Shown here: one piece after another, positions 37,201 through 50,347 of the stretch
Numbering within the stretch: the stretch's first letter is position 1
Layout: the number at the start of each line of letters is the position of its first letter
Source of the DNA: Ptychomitrium polyphyllum
Taxonomy: Eukaryota
Length of the DNA: 64,000 bases
Direction of reading: 5' to 3'
NCBI GenBank assembly: GCA_973851085.1
Contig: OZ316775.1
Coordinates: 558,001-622,000, forward strand
Notes under the pieces: model-generated
Database searches by the model: none
What the model was told of the DNA's origin: nothing
The model's input: the letters and a program-made list of their open reading frames with translations, nothing else
Translations under genes and position numbers: made by a program

Positions 37201-38454
37201 ACGTCGGCATATAATAATCTTAGTTTGAAATGATCCCTTATGTGGCTTTACGAACACATGAAATCCGAGGCTTACTGTCAGTCTTTGAACTCTTCACGCA
37301 CTAGTACTTATAGTTATGTATCCATCATTTTCAATGCAGAAATCGAATCACACAAAAGCTGGTGTTTGATCTAGTAGCTCAAGAGTATTATCTTACCAAG
37401 GCTCAGGTTATTCACACTTTCATTTTTACTCTAGTTATGAGCTAAAGTTGCTAAAGAACAATGTCCTTCACTATGTATGAGGTTGATTATTGGTGGAACT
37501 ACAAGGAATTGATTGTTCATGGAAATGCTACATTCCATGGGTTTTGGTACATAGAGTAGTAAAGCGTTATACACTGTTATTTCCTAGTAGAGTAGATTCA
37601 AGATGTTCCATGTGTTTTATTTCCAGTCAATCAGGCCTTAAATATCGACGAGGTTACAGGTGTCTTAAGATTAGTGTAGCCTGTACTCGGAATCGAACTT
37701 GGTCGTAGGAGGGATTTCCTTGCAGTGTCTAATCGTTCTTATTGCAAATGTTTATTACTTAAAGCTAATTTGACTGGGTTATTAAACTATATTCCTTCTT
37801 CTTAGTCATAAATATGATAGCATATCTCTTTCCATTGGTTAACTGAAAGATGCCTGGGTTGGGTGGTACAGTTTATGATGGTTTCGCAGCAAAATAAGCT
37901 GCTCGAGGACAATCCTTCATTGGAAAGTTCATTTGGCACGCGACGAAAATATTTGGATCCTCTCAACCATCTTCAGGTATTTCATCTTATTGAAAACTCT
38001 TGATATGCGATTGTTTGAAACTATCACCTGTAATGAGTATCTCTGACAAGGATGCCACATTCCTTAATGAATTTGGCGTTAACCTATTGAGGACCACAAA
38101 TCCAAAAACGGCTGATTGAGGTGGTCCTTGACGGGGTAATGAGCACCTAATATGTCCTATTTTATGTTCACCATGGTCAGAATCAGCCAGTTCATGCCGG
38201 CATAATCCTTCAGATTCTGCTTTTCTTACCAAAATACTCTACTGAGAAAGATTGATTTTTTGCTACACCATGCAGTGGTAGACCTCAACTTTTTATGATA
38301 AAGAGCTCTAATTCTTGTCAACCTGATGTGGAAGGTCATTTTATTGGGCCGTCAAAGAGACCCCACAGCATCTGAGGAGCATAAGCCTCTATGGGAGAAG
38401 CCTTTGCTCAGGACCATCAAAGCCATTGCCAGCAACATGCGTAACACTGGCTAA
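25211..38454 (+). CDS. ppc: Phosphoenolpyruvate carboxylase with N-terminal transit-peptide-like region and ACT domain; 30 coding exons, about 1157 aa
   Basis: Hand-spliced exons: 25211-25248, 26136-26199, 26451-26566, 26690-26980, 27435-27621, 28150-28251, 28433-28522, 28704-28823, 29075-29170, 29597-29653, 29771-29914, 30016-30103, 30613-30698, 31177-31302, 31480-31587, 32405-32512, 32835-32966, 33156-33278, 33600-33743, 33980-34093, 34375-34452, 34613-34804, 35163-35261, 35510-35575, 35835-36050, 36491-36631, 36920-36975, 37340-37406, 37872-37976, 38335-38454. Total 3474 nt, phases compatible, no internal stop. PEPC motifs: [80 protein letters not shown]-terminal MRNTG*. The three smallest 5' exons are the least certain. 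Confidence 0.93.
26874..27560 (+). other. ACT domain (ACR/GlnD-like) in PEPC exons 4-5
   Basis: Spliced sequence [76 protein letters not shown] matches the pattern 'DN.....T.v.v...D..gLL..v...l....l.i..A.i.t.......D.F.v.d' of plant ACR proteins and GlnD. Confidence 0.8.
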
Positions 38455-40830
38455 AATCTCAAGCCTGTTCTTTCTGGTTGTCTTGCACTGAGATTCATAC
38501 GTGAAATATAACTAAAGCAAACAAAAAGTTATATGGGTTCATAAGTGTGAACTTTTGGTCCAGCAATATCAAATAAGGCCATCAGAAGCGCCGATGTTAA
38601 CTGTTAGGCACATCCAGAGGCTCAGCATAGTGTCAGTAATTCCTTTCTTAAATGCTAATGTGTTTTGCCATCTCCTAAGCATATTGTCACTCTTTTGTAT
38701 TCTAGGAAGAATTCTTTGCAATTTCTTATACTTTTTTACATGCATTTCTTTCAATTTGGAGCAATTGAAGTGGAATACGATGCATCTTTGGAATAAGTGA
38801 TACTAAGAGAAAGTGAAAAAGTGCAATAGAATGTAGGTAGGAATATTATAAGTAGCTAATTCCAAAGTAAGCTTTAGATATGCATTATTGTTGATTCCAA
38901 ACAACAAATATTGTATATGTTTCTTGTAATAAAAATTTATGAACAATTGGCAAGGCAATCCAACCTTTGTATGAAGTTTATCAAACTTTGCAAACCTTAG
39001 CATCTCTTATGTTTATATTCTTCAATGTGGTTTTAATTAGATCCTATAGTCTCTTCAATATTCATCCTTATGCCTTGCCACCTTTTTATTAGCTTTCATG
39101 AAAACGGTTAGTCTTGCTTTAGCAATCACCTATGGAATATCACATCTTTTTAAAGACATAATTCTATAATTTGTTTTTGTACAATTATTCAAGTGAAAGG
39201 TACAAAATACTAGTAACTTTGTATGGTTTACAACTAGAAAAAGAAATTTAGTACAATAAAACAACGCTATGATTCATTAAAGGTAAGAAAATTCCAAAAA
39301 ATGCTTTCAAAAATATGGCTATAAAGTCAAAAAATTACGTTAGAAAGGAAGAATTTCAAATATAGCATAATATACTAGAACAAAAATTATCCTTTCTAAA
39401 AAAAACCATGATCTAAGTAATGAAATAAAATGCATTTAGTACTTGCATGGAAGTTGCATTAGCCTTTGGATATAAGTAACATTTTCTTAGCACTTAGAAA
39501 TTAAGATCTAATTTGAATACACTATTTAAATTGAACCTTCCAAATATAGACTACAACCTTCTTTTAATCTCCTATGAAAAACATTGCGTCTAAATCCTAA
39601 TAGAAAATAGATTTCTACTTCTTGCAAAAAAAATAACAATTAAGGTGAAGTGACCTAAAGCTAATAGTAACCTCTTAACAAACATGTAGATTACTTCCTA
39701 CCAACATATAGACCACAATCTAAATTATTTATTAAATTAGAATGTTAAGTAATTAATTTTCTACAGTCAATTTATTTTGGGTTGTTTCAAAAGAAACAAA
39801 TGCATAGCTATGTAGACAATTTATATACTAGTTTTGAGTCAATTTTGTATTTCAATAAGGAATATAATTAACTTTTACTTTAATAGTTAATTATAATTTC
39901 ATTATAAAAGATAAAAAGATGAGGAATTTGCATCTTTTGTAACTAATATTATTCATCTAAATAAATATATGCTTTACTCATACTTATGCCGTTCATATGC
40001 AAAAATAAACAGATAAATATTTAAAATCATTTATTTTGAACATTTCTACTCTAGAAGTATATTAATATGCAAATTATGCAAAACGACCTTACGCACCACT
40101 ATAAGTATGTAAATACAAATCACTCATATAGATTTTGGAAAGGCTTTATTATTCTAATTTTAGAAATAAAATATTAGCAAAAAATATTAGTGTGCTTCTT
40201 AAAATCAATTTAAGTCAAAACTAAAAAATAATTTATAAACATAATCAAAGATAAGAAAGACTAGTGTGAATGTTCTTGGAATCACTTTATCTGTTTTTAC
40301 AAACATAAGCACAAAAAAACCTTGGTTACCGTATTAATTTGGCGAAATGTTGCCAATTGCTACTAATATTCTTGAAACAAAATATTCTATCAGCTCAATT
40401 TCCTATTTTCCACCAAAAGCACTATTATTTTTTTAATGAAAATCATCTATCTGAATGAAAAATGAACATTTGGATGGAAATTTTACACCTGTAGATGACA
40501 GAGACCAAAAACAAGTGTAGATGAAAACATGATCAGTTGCCATTCTTGCGATATTAAAATGGTTTTGTGGACAGTTTGGCCTCGGTCATAAGAGACCCAC
40601 AAGTCGAAGCTGTTATCCTGCCCTATCCACCCACGGTGACGGGAGCCCACGTCGGGGGTCGGGCGTCGGGTGTCGCGCGTGGTGGCCGGGCTGCGATGCG
40701 GGCGACGCGCCTCGCTTGGTCAACCTAGATGTGATGGCTCTCGAGGCTGCGAGGCTGCAGGGATTGCTGCCTTCTCGCTACACACTGATCGTGGCCCCGG
40801 AGTCAATCGACAGTATTGTTGCCGATTGCC

Positions 40831-42007
40831 ATGGTCATGGCCGCGACCTCCTTCTCCATGGCGGCTCTCACCGCCGCCTTGCCGTCCGCCGTGGCCACCA
40901 GGAGCACTAGTACTCCCATCTGCGCACGCGCGGCTGGGGTGAGCGTCATCCGGACCTCCCCTTTGGTGGCCAGGTCGCACACCGTGGCGAAAGCTGTTGG
41001 GTTTCAGGCGTTCGATGGTCTTCGCAGCGAAAATGCGTTGCAGCTGCGTACTGGTAAGTCTCAGTGTCTAGGTTCTTGGGAAAAGTCATGATTCTGGGGA
41101 ATGATTGGGTTGGGTGGTTTTTGGGTTTGTGTTGGCGTCTTTTCTTTTTAGTTTTTGTTTTCTGAGGTGTTGGTTGATGAAGCGCTGGTGTTCGGTTGGT
41201 TAACCTCGTGGTTGAACTCCACGTTCTTGTACCTGGATCTTTGGGCTAGGTGAATCGAGGTAGTAGACTTGGAATTGACTACTGAGGTTATCAGCGGTTT
41301 CGAACATCGAAGTTTTATTAGGTCTGGAAATGTGCATTATAGGGCGTGTTCGATGTGCGTTCGAGAGCTGATCCAAAAGTGGTATGAATGAATGAAGCGG
41401 ATGTAAGGTGACTGAGTCTTGGAATACATAGCATGTTTTTGGGTTGTGTCCAAAATGTTTAATGTTAGATTTGGCATGCAATAGTATGTAAGAAGACGTT
41501 CCTTGAAGTTTCGACATGGAATTAGGTTAGAATGGTGAATTGTATCAGAATACATGCAGAAGACTGGAAAGTTTTGATACGGACTATCTTTGTTTGACAG
41601 GATGCACTTTTGAGTCGATGGGTTTGGGAATCACCAATGGTGCTAAGTGGTTCGCAATGAGACACGGTCGCAAAATTCACCGTCTGGGCAGACCTGCCGA
41701 CCAGAGGCGCGCTCTCCTCAGAGGTCTAACCACCGAAATTCTTCGTCACGGTAGAATCAAAACCACCCGTGCCCGTGCCACGGCTATGCGCAAGTACGTC
41801 GACCACATGATTACTCTTGCTAAGGGAGGCTCCCTTCATCAAAGACGGCAAGCATTAGGGTTCCTTTACGATAAACAGTTAGTGCATTCTCTGTTCGCTG
41901 AGGTGCCTGAGAGATATGGTGAGAGAAATGGTGGTTACACAAGGATTATCCGGACAATGCCTCGAAAGGGCGACAATGCCCCCATGGCATTTATTGAGCT
42001 CGTTTAG
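40831..42007 (+). CDS. RPL17: Plastid 50S ribosomal protein L17 (bL17c) precursor; exons 40831-41053 and 41601-42007, about 209 aa
   Basis: [37 protein letters not shown]...[27 protein letters not shown]. Exon 1 is an Ala/Ser/Thr-rich transit peptide. Phase-1 GT-AG intron 41054-41600. Confidence 0.95.
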
Positions 42008-45000
42008 GTACCTCTTTTTAGTTGTCCGATGTTTTTGCAACGAATTTTACATAATCTAGATCACCTAGGCATCAATTTTTTCTGTATGAATGGCTGCCCG
42101 GCTCTTAGATGTCCTGCTCACTCAAGTTTTGCATGCATGATCTCTTTCGTAAAGCATTTTCTCTTGTGTTAATATGCTGCATTTCGCTAGCGGGGTTTAG
42201 AAGTTTGAATTGCACGACTAGATTTGAATTTTTTCAGGATTGGTTTTGTTTTCACGGGCCTTCCATTTGCTCTGCATGAATCATTTTTTCCTTCGTTTTG
42301 CTCTACCTAGGCTCTGAACTTCACACATGCCTTGTGAACCGTCGAAGGCCTTCGATTTGAAGCCATGTGAGAGCACTATGATAGTTTCCTGAGGACTGCC
42401 GTATTTGGATGTCCTTGTTTTGACCCTATGATTCGAAGGCATCAGAGAGCCTGAGACTAGAATTTCGGTTTGAAAACGTAAGCTTGGACTTCGCAGAATA
42501 AAGTATCGCTACATGCTGTGCTTTGAAGGTTCTTAAAGGCTTTCTGTTAGCCAGAGCGAGATGCATTCGAACCCACATTAGGCTTTTAGAGAGCTTATTG
42601 TCACATGCACTTTCGCAGGCCTAATTCAAGCCTGTATAACTTCTACGTCAAGCCAGCACGCTCCTCTCCTTAACGGTGTGTTGCTCTGGAGCCATCTGAT
42701 TAGACGGCACTGACAGTTGCTTAGGGCCGCACATTTGAAAAAGCATCCTTGCCGTTGAACAAGTTAGTGGCTCTAAAAAAACAAATCCCGAGTGAGTACC
42801 ATATGAAATTGGGTTTAGAAAAGGACCACTTATGAGGGAGAATAATACAGTATGTTGAAGCATTTTGAAGTGGTAAGTTGGTGGTATTCTTGGAAATATG
42901 ACGTGGACGTGGCCTAGAGGAGTTCTCTAGTCTGCAGTTTGCAGTACTGGACAGGACAACCTCAACGACCCCAACACAACTAACTTGTAATCTCTTTGAA
43001 TAAGATATGGCGAATCTTTTTTAACCCATACGAAGTTGCTACTCCAGTGTGAAGATCTATGACCGAGGGCAGCACCATCAAATTTCCTTTGTAGCTCACA
43101 ATATGTAGTGCACGATCGTTTCTTACACAAATAGATCTATTTATCACGTAGGCTCTCTGGGCTCCGCAGAATCCTTGAGTTTGTAAGTCTTCTTTGAACA
43201 AACTTGTAAAATGTTAACTTCAGCTTTCCCCTGATGGAATGAACTCGCAGTGGGTATTTGATCCTTGCTGAAAACATCTTGGACAAACTACAGATACTTT
43301 TGTCCTGTTATCATCTTGCTTCAGGAAGACATTTGACAAGTGGCTACTTATCAGTGTTCAACAAAACCGTTGTTATTTACAGCACATTATATAGATGTGA
43401 TGCCTCCATTGTGTTGCTCAACGCTGAGAGCGTGCAGGGCAATGTGAAAACCTAGTGAAAATAATCGGGTTGTTCATCTGTTCATTTGTTCGTTTGTAGG
43501 CTGAAGAAGCTTTGGGGCGTTGGTGGAATCACAAAGAGGACCAAGAGCTAACTTCAGCTGAAATGGGTGATCTAGAAGAAAGATTCCGAATTCTACAGCA
43601 CGCGTGAACAAGGGCCATGACCAGGTCCATATCTTTTAGGTGGATGTAAAAGAAAACTTCAAGTTTATGCCAACAGAACATAGGGTATTTAAGTTCGCCC
43701 ACACTAATTTCTCAGCGTCCTACACTAAGTATAAATATGTAGATTTGGATACACAAGTGTACGCCCTCAGTAGATATCCAAATATACGTCCTTGTTGCTT
43801 TTAAGAATCCGATTTGAAGATTTTAGATATACTTATTATTGATCTACTTTCTTCATTTATTCTCATACAATTTAAATAATCTTCAATATTTTACTTTGAG
43901 GTTTAAATGTAATTAATAATAAAATATAAGAAACATAATTTTACTTTATTAATAGTATTGTAATACAAGATTAGCATACTAATCAGTACTAATTGGTTTT
44001 AGAACCTGATGTACAAAGTTATATTTTAAATAATAAATTTAAATATTTTGTAGAAAAATCAGAATTGAATAAATTGACACGTAGGTCCGTTTTTCTTTAT
44101 ATAGTAATATAATTTTGGACGATTTTGGATATAATGTGCTAAAATTAGCATTTTATATGTACATTTAACCAAATTGGGTACATTTTGCTGTAGGCATTTC
44201 TGTTAATTCACATTGATAATCAGAGTTCTTTACTCTCTTATAAGTAATTCTACAACATCTTTTCTCTCTCTTTTCCTTACATACTTGTAGGGCTGAAGAT
44301 GCATATTGTTCCTTTACAACTGAATTTACAACAGTAAGTAGTAAATAAATAGATTTTTTTTAATAATGTAGTGAAAGGAGAGTTCATTAAATTACATATT
44401 TAACAGCTAAGACTAAAATGTGACAGGAGTCTTTGCATCAATGTCCCGTCTGACAGGAGTCATTTCAGCTTCTATTTAGTCCTTTGAAACTCATACTAGG
44501 TACCTTTATGTTGATGTCAGCTTCTATTTCTGGTCCTGTTGTCCTAGGCCCAGGACTGTCATGAAGGTTCAACTTGATCAATCGGGTTAATCAACGGGGT
44601 GACTCAAGAGCCAGTCCTCTTTGGCTGGTGGAGCATCATAATCTGGGAATTGAAAGGGAGGCTGCAGCAGTGAGATGTGACGGACTCTGAGAGAGTGACG
44701 AAGGGTGTCCCAATCTCTATTGTGGTACCTTCTAGATTAATCTGAATGGGCCAAATTGCAACTTACAAGCAAGTCATCTTCAAAGAGGGTACACATCTGA
44801 GCCTGAGTGAGTGATTGATTGACTGCTGTTGAAGGTTCTCAATATGCATGCCAAAGTGGTCAGCAGGTAACCCGACTCCTTGGAGTCTTTTTGTAAAGGA
44901 CAGATCAAGCTCATCTGTTTGTTGGACAAGCCATATCTTTATACTTCCTCCAACATTTATTCTTTGCTGATTTCTAGATGATATGTAGAGCCCACCCACA

Positions 45001-46538
45001 CAGTACAGACCCAGTAGTACCATCACACCAGCCAATAAAGAGACTAGCCACTGAGCGGTTTGGCCTAAAATGCACCTTGGGTGAGGAAAGTACTCAATTT
45101 GGGGAAGGGTAATATCTCAGTTGACCAAATTTAGGCTCTTCCATGCAAAATTTAGCCTTCAATTGGCTTCCAGAATATTCACACAAGTGGGCATTTGGTT
45201 TCAGTCACAACCAAGCACATGCTTCCCTATCACTGTTTACTAATACAAACCTAAACCATCAGTCTTCTGAATGTCAAGTCTAGACTGATGTTCAATAGCA
45301 CCTGGTATAATTTACCAAAAATCATAGCATTGACAAGCGAATTCTAACTTGTGTTCATCTTAGGCCCTTTAAGAACCTTAAATCTTTAAATCTTTGTATT
45401 GTGCAAAATATACACAAATTATACAATTAGGTATAGTTCTTGTAGTAGAGCTATGGAATAATTTCTAAAAACATCCTTTTTTTTTCCAAGTCTTGACATA
45501 TTTTTTCTTTTCACTTTCATTCCAAAGTCCAAATTTTGGCCTCATTACACAATGAAAATGACCACAACATTATATGGGCTCAAATTTAGAAGTTACTAGT
45601 ACTATTCATTGTTCTAGAATTGGTGACAATCAACATTTAGAAAAAAAAATCTTCTCCTATATTGAGGTTATTTGCTTCATTTGAAGCTTAAGTCCTACAA
45701 TGACATGTTTTGTATACACAACCTAATATTATCAACTCTTCTTTGCACCTCCATATTCTCATCTATTATAAATCAATTGGTAATGTTGTTATCATTTAAC
45801 TTTAATTGGAGCAACTCCAGTCTACTCAAGTTTTAAATATTCCAATCTATTATAATTATAGTCATTCCAAGCTACTCCAATTTATGATTGAATTCATAAT
45901 ATTACACAAGAATTTATTGCAAAGACCAATGAATATATTTTTATTGAAATGGTTTTGTAGTATCCATGTGTTATAAGATCTTCACCACTCTTTATTTGCT
46001 TCAAATTAGATTTTAGAGCTTGTAGGTAAATCCTATTAATTACACTAGAAATACAAATCATATGAATTTGATATTATATGCAAATTGGTATGCACAACCT
46101 ATTCATTTTTATTAGCCATACAAAGAATGAACTTTGGTATTTCAAGAGTTTTGGACATTATGTACTACCTTGATTGCAAGATGTTGACAAAGTCCAAGAC
46201 AATTTTTGCTGGTTTTTAGCTTGGTTAAGAGCAAGTAGGTCCTTCTAATGGAATAGTATAAAGTTTTTATTCTTTACAATTCTTAATATTGCAACAACAT
46301 CATTTTTATCACAAGAATGATATTAGATAACTACAAATCAAAATGAATGAATAAATGGAACATCCACATAAAGCTATTTAAATTGCCTATTTTAAGATAT
46401 GCAAAATAATAATTAATTGATCCTAAGTTGACATGCCAATTATTCTAAATAATACAAACCAATTCAATATTCTGTCTTCACCTTTTTAATTAAAATCTAA
46501 AACATTAGTTAAATCATGACCACATTATATGCCAAGAA

Positions 46539-46730
46539 AATAAAATCCTTTTAAATACCATAATCCAACATTCTTATATATACAAACATTGCAAGACTTG
46601 CAACAATTTGAAAATATGACATTCATTTAAACCATATATCTATAGTTATTGTTGACTATGACAAAGTGAAGTTTTGAATGCCCATATTGATATAAGTATG
46701 TTGGATTATGGTATTTAAAAGGATTTTATT
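46539..46730. repeat. Fold-back / MITE-like inverted repeat with 40-bp arms
   Basis: 46539-46578 (aataaaatccttttaaataccataatccaacattcttata) is the reverse complement of 46691-46730 with one mismatch. Spacer is 112 nt. Confidence 0.88.
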
Positions 46731-49700
46731 CTATAAGATGAAGTAAACATTACAAAAATTGCTTTTTGAAATTTAATTCTATGGGTGAAGCAAGGTAGGT
46801 GCAAAAAAATTTGAAAGCATACATTATGGAATAATAAGATGAGGTGCATTTTTTTGAGGCGGTGGTACATTATGATAAGCATGGGCGCCATGTAATGCTG
46901 ATGAGAGCAAACATAAAGATGAAGTTCTTGAACAAATTGGTAATGCGCTTTTTTATGTTTATAGCTTTGTTAACTCCTTCTTTCACATTTGCTTATGCAT
47001 GCATCATGTAAACAAATCTTTTGAAATCTATATCAAGTCCTCATGATAAATCAAAGCAAAACACCTACTCTTTCCCGATCTCATCTCATACCATAGCAAA
47101 TACAATTTCACATTTAAAGAGCAAATTGCAACTTTTTGCCAAAAAAACCAAAAAAAAATGATTAAATGAAAAGCAAATAAAATCTTTATTCTATGAATTT
47201 AGGTGATTTTTTTAATTTAAAGAATCAAAAATGTGGCCAAAGCATATGTTTGAAAATAAAAGCTCCATTGGTTTCTAATAGTACATTGCCAATGCTTTGT
47301 AAGACTTTTAAAAAAAAAATTAATCTAAATCCTTCACACCAATACTTAAAATTGAAAATATGCATTGTTCAATCTTTTTCACCACCCTTCACGCCACTTT
47401 ATATCTTTAAAAAAGACAATAAGAGATAATTATAAATGGTAGCTTTTTCAATTGATCTAACAACCATTATTGATGTTGAGTGAAGCATTTCAAAGTGCCT
47501 TTTGTTGTTTCTACCAATAGCTTTGCAAACAAGGCCAATTCAAAAGTGTTTTAACCAATGGTTGTAAGGAATTTTTTTGGTTTGTATTCTAAAAAAATAG
47601 TAAATATTGTCAAGAAATGGACACTTGTTCCAAAATCTCATCTAATTTTCATCATTTTGTAAGGAAATTATTGTTTTTTACATGTTCTAACTTGTTCCTT
47701 CTTGCAATATAAATTCCATATACATAAATTGTATATTATGTATTCATATCTTTGAAGAATCGATAGTGGTGAAAATTGATTGAGAATTGTAGCATTGAAT
47801 GCACATGATATCAAAGGAAATTTGTATGTAGTATTGCTAAGCTCAATTCTTGATGGATTTAAAATTAAAATTGTTCTATCAAGTTTTACTATTAAAATTG
47901 GAATCTTAGTTCACAAAGAGTCAACATAAGTACACTTAGAATGATCCACTTTCTAATTTTTCTCCTACACATGAATAAAAAATGAATTCTAATTGTATTA
48001 AAACTTATTCAAATTGATAAGGTTAGCTTTCAAGTCTCACAATTTTGATAAATTGGTTTTTCTTTTAAGAATATTTTCATGGCAAACTCTTGTTCCTTCC
48101 ATGATACTTCTTGCTTTAATTTAAACTCATTTATATTCAACCTAAGTTACACAATTAAATGCCTATAATGCTAATTTTGAAATTCATTCATTAAGTTTTT
48201 AAATGTAATCCATTGGATGTGAATTGGCTCATAATTGTTTTATTAAGGAATTCTTGTTCTTAAATCACTTCAATCCACAAATTCTTATAAAGCTTATCTG
48301 AAGTCTTGTTGGATATATTTACCTTATTATTGAAAATATGAGGCACCATTTTGTTACCTTAACTCCATGGAGAAAGAGATAAAGTCAATATGAGAATAAT
48401 AAAGGATAAGCTGAGGATGCCAAACATGGAAAATATGGTAGATAACATTTCAAAGTTCATGGAAAGTCCTAGTTGATAGTATTAGCTTTAGAATTAAAAA
48501 ATTTATTATCTTGGTGCAGCTTGGTATATCAACTGTCTTTGCACAATTGGTTTGGAGAATATGACATAATACAGCTATAGGAGATTGTGCATCCATCTCT
48601 GCTCTCTTGCAAGCAAGCTAACTTGCAGCATCACCATCAATATTATTTCTAGATCAATTGAAGACGACAGATGAATATGCACACCATAATGTGGACCTTG
48701 ACTATTCAATTCATTTGGACCTGGTTAGGTTGCTGAGCCAGAGGTTAAGTGCAGCTTCAGCAGCAAGGACCACTCTCCAGGAGTCAGGACCACCCAATGT
48801 TGCAGATTTCTTCATTTTGAAAAGGAAACAGCTATAGCAATGTTTTTGTGGTTGATTGTTTCATTCCACCTACTGACAATAAACGTTAGTATGTGCATGT
48901 TATTTATCTGTAGTTGGCATGGACAAGTGCCTTCTCTTGTATGTGCAAGCTGGTGCTTAAACATCTTCGTTGTAAAACTACAGGTCATGAGTTCTTGATT
49001 CTGATGGTTATGAAACACTTAATGTACTTTGAAATCAAACCAACAAGGTCTAATGGATCAACAGAGACAGAAGTATACACTTGTATGCCAATTTTCTGCC
49101 TTGTGAAGAGTTGTTTCTTGCTTAATAAATCTTAAGCATGTTCCCCCAAACCCTGCAAGGCAGGCAAAGTAAGATCTTGGCACTTGCTTGCATAGCAGCA
49201 CAGAATAAGTGATGTACTATAGTCTATGAGTATACTTTAGAAGGTCTAGATAGACCACAACATATGTTTGGTGGATACTTGGCTTTTCAGAACATGTTAC
49301 GGTAAGCCCACATACAGGCACAAGTACCAAAACATATCCTTGCACAAATACAAAAAGAACAAGCAATAAGATCAACTTTGGTGAGTTCATTCTCTTCTGA
49401 AGGTCAGAGTGAAACAAGAGTTCATTTCTTATGAACTTGAAATCATGTGCCATGAGGATCTGAGCAGAGCATAAAAGGCTATCCTTAAACAGGATTAATT
49501 ACATGAACAGGTATCAGCATGGCAATATATCTATTGGCCTGTAGTGTACAAGAAACATGTGATTGTTTTTATTGCATGCTCTCAAAGACTGGGTTGAACC
49601 ATTTTCGCAGCCCATTGTTCATAAAATTGGTAGAAAACCCCACCCTGTGGAAGCTGTTTGCTTCAACTCATCTTGTTGACCTGCTTCCGGGCACTGATAC

Positions 49701-50347
49701 ATGTGCTCCAACCTCTACAATCAATTTCTGTCTGTCTAGATGCTAATCTCTAAAATATGCCGAGCAGTAATTGTCAGCCTCTGCAGGGCTCTCATGATGC
49801 TGCAAGTTTCTCTACAACCTACCACTGTACATAGTATCATAATAGTAGTAGAAACACATTAGTTTACAAAGCTATCGAACACGTGTTTACAATAGCTACA
49901 GAATCATAGTTGTCTTCATCTTTCTACAAATATATCCAGGTGCAGTTGCACGGTGCAAAGAGCCTGCATCACCTGGGGTGACCAGAGAAGCAGCCTCTAT
50001 CAATCCTCCATGATCAAAACTGGAGGGTAAGAGAGAAACTGTAAAGAAGTCGAAATGATTCCCGAATCACCAAAACTTGCGATGATTGATGATGTTGTGA
50101 AGCCGTGCTCGAGTTAATCGGGCTGCCGATATCTGCAGCGCTGCACTTTCCAAGATCTCCTGTTGTGCGAAAATCTTGAATAGCAGCTGATACTAGCAAC
50201 TTCCCGATATAATGCAATGCATTGTTGAACTCAGTCTAAATTTGAATGAAGGAGCAGAAATATAGGGTGTCGTGATCCCCTGAAACAGTGTGTCAACTCC
50301 TGTACATGTAAGTTCATTGCCAGAGATAAATATTTCTCAAGAATTTC

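Noticed and set aside
25211..38454. Bacterial contamination as the source of the bacterial-like PEPC
   Set aside because: The gene has 29 spliceosomal introns and is contiguous with plant nuclear genes.
45300..48700. AT-rich region that looks like decayed coding sequence (transposase or viral relic)
   Set aside because: I could not recover any diagnostic motif in the frames I read, so no call was made.
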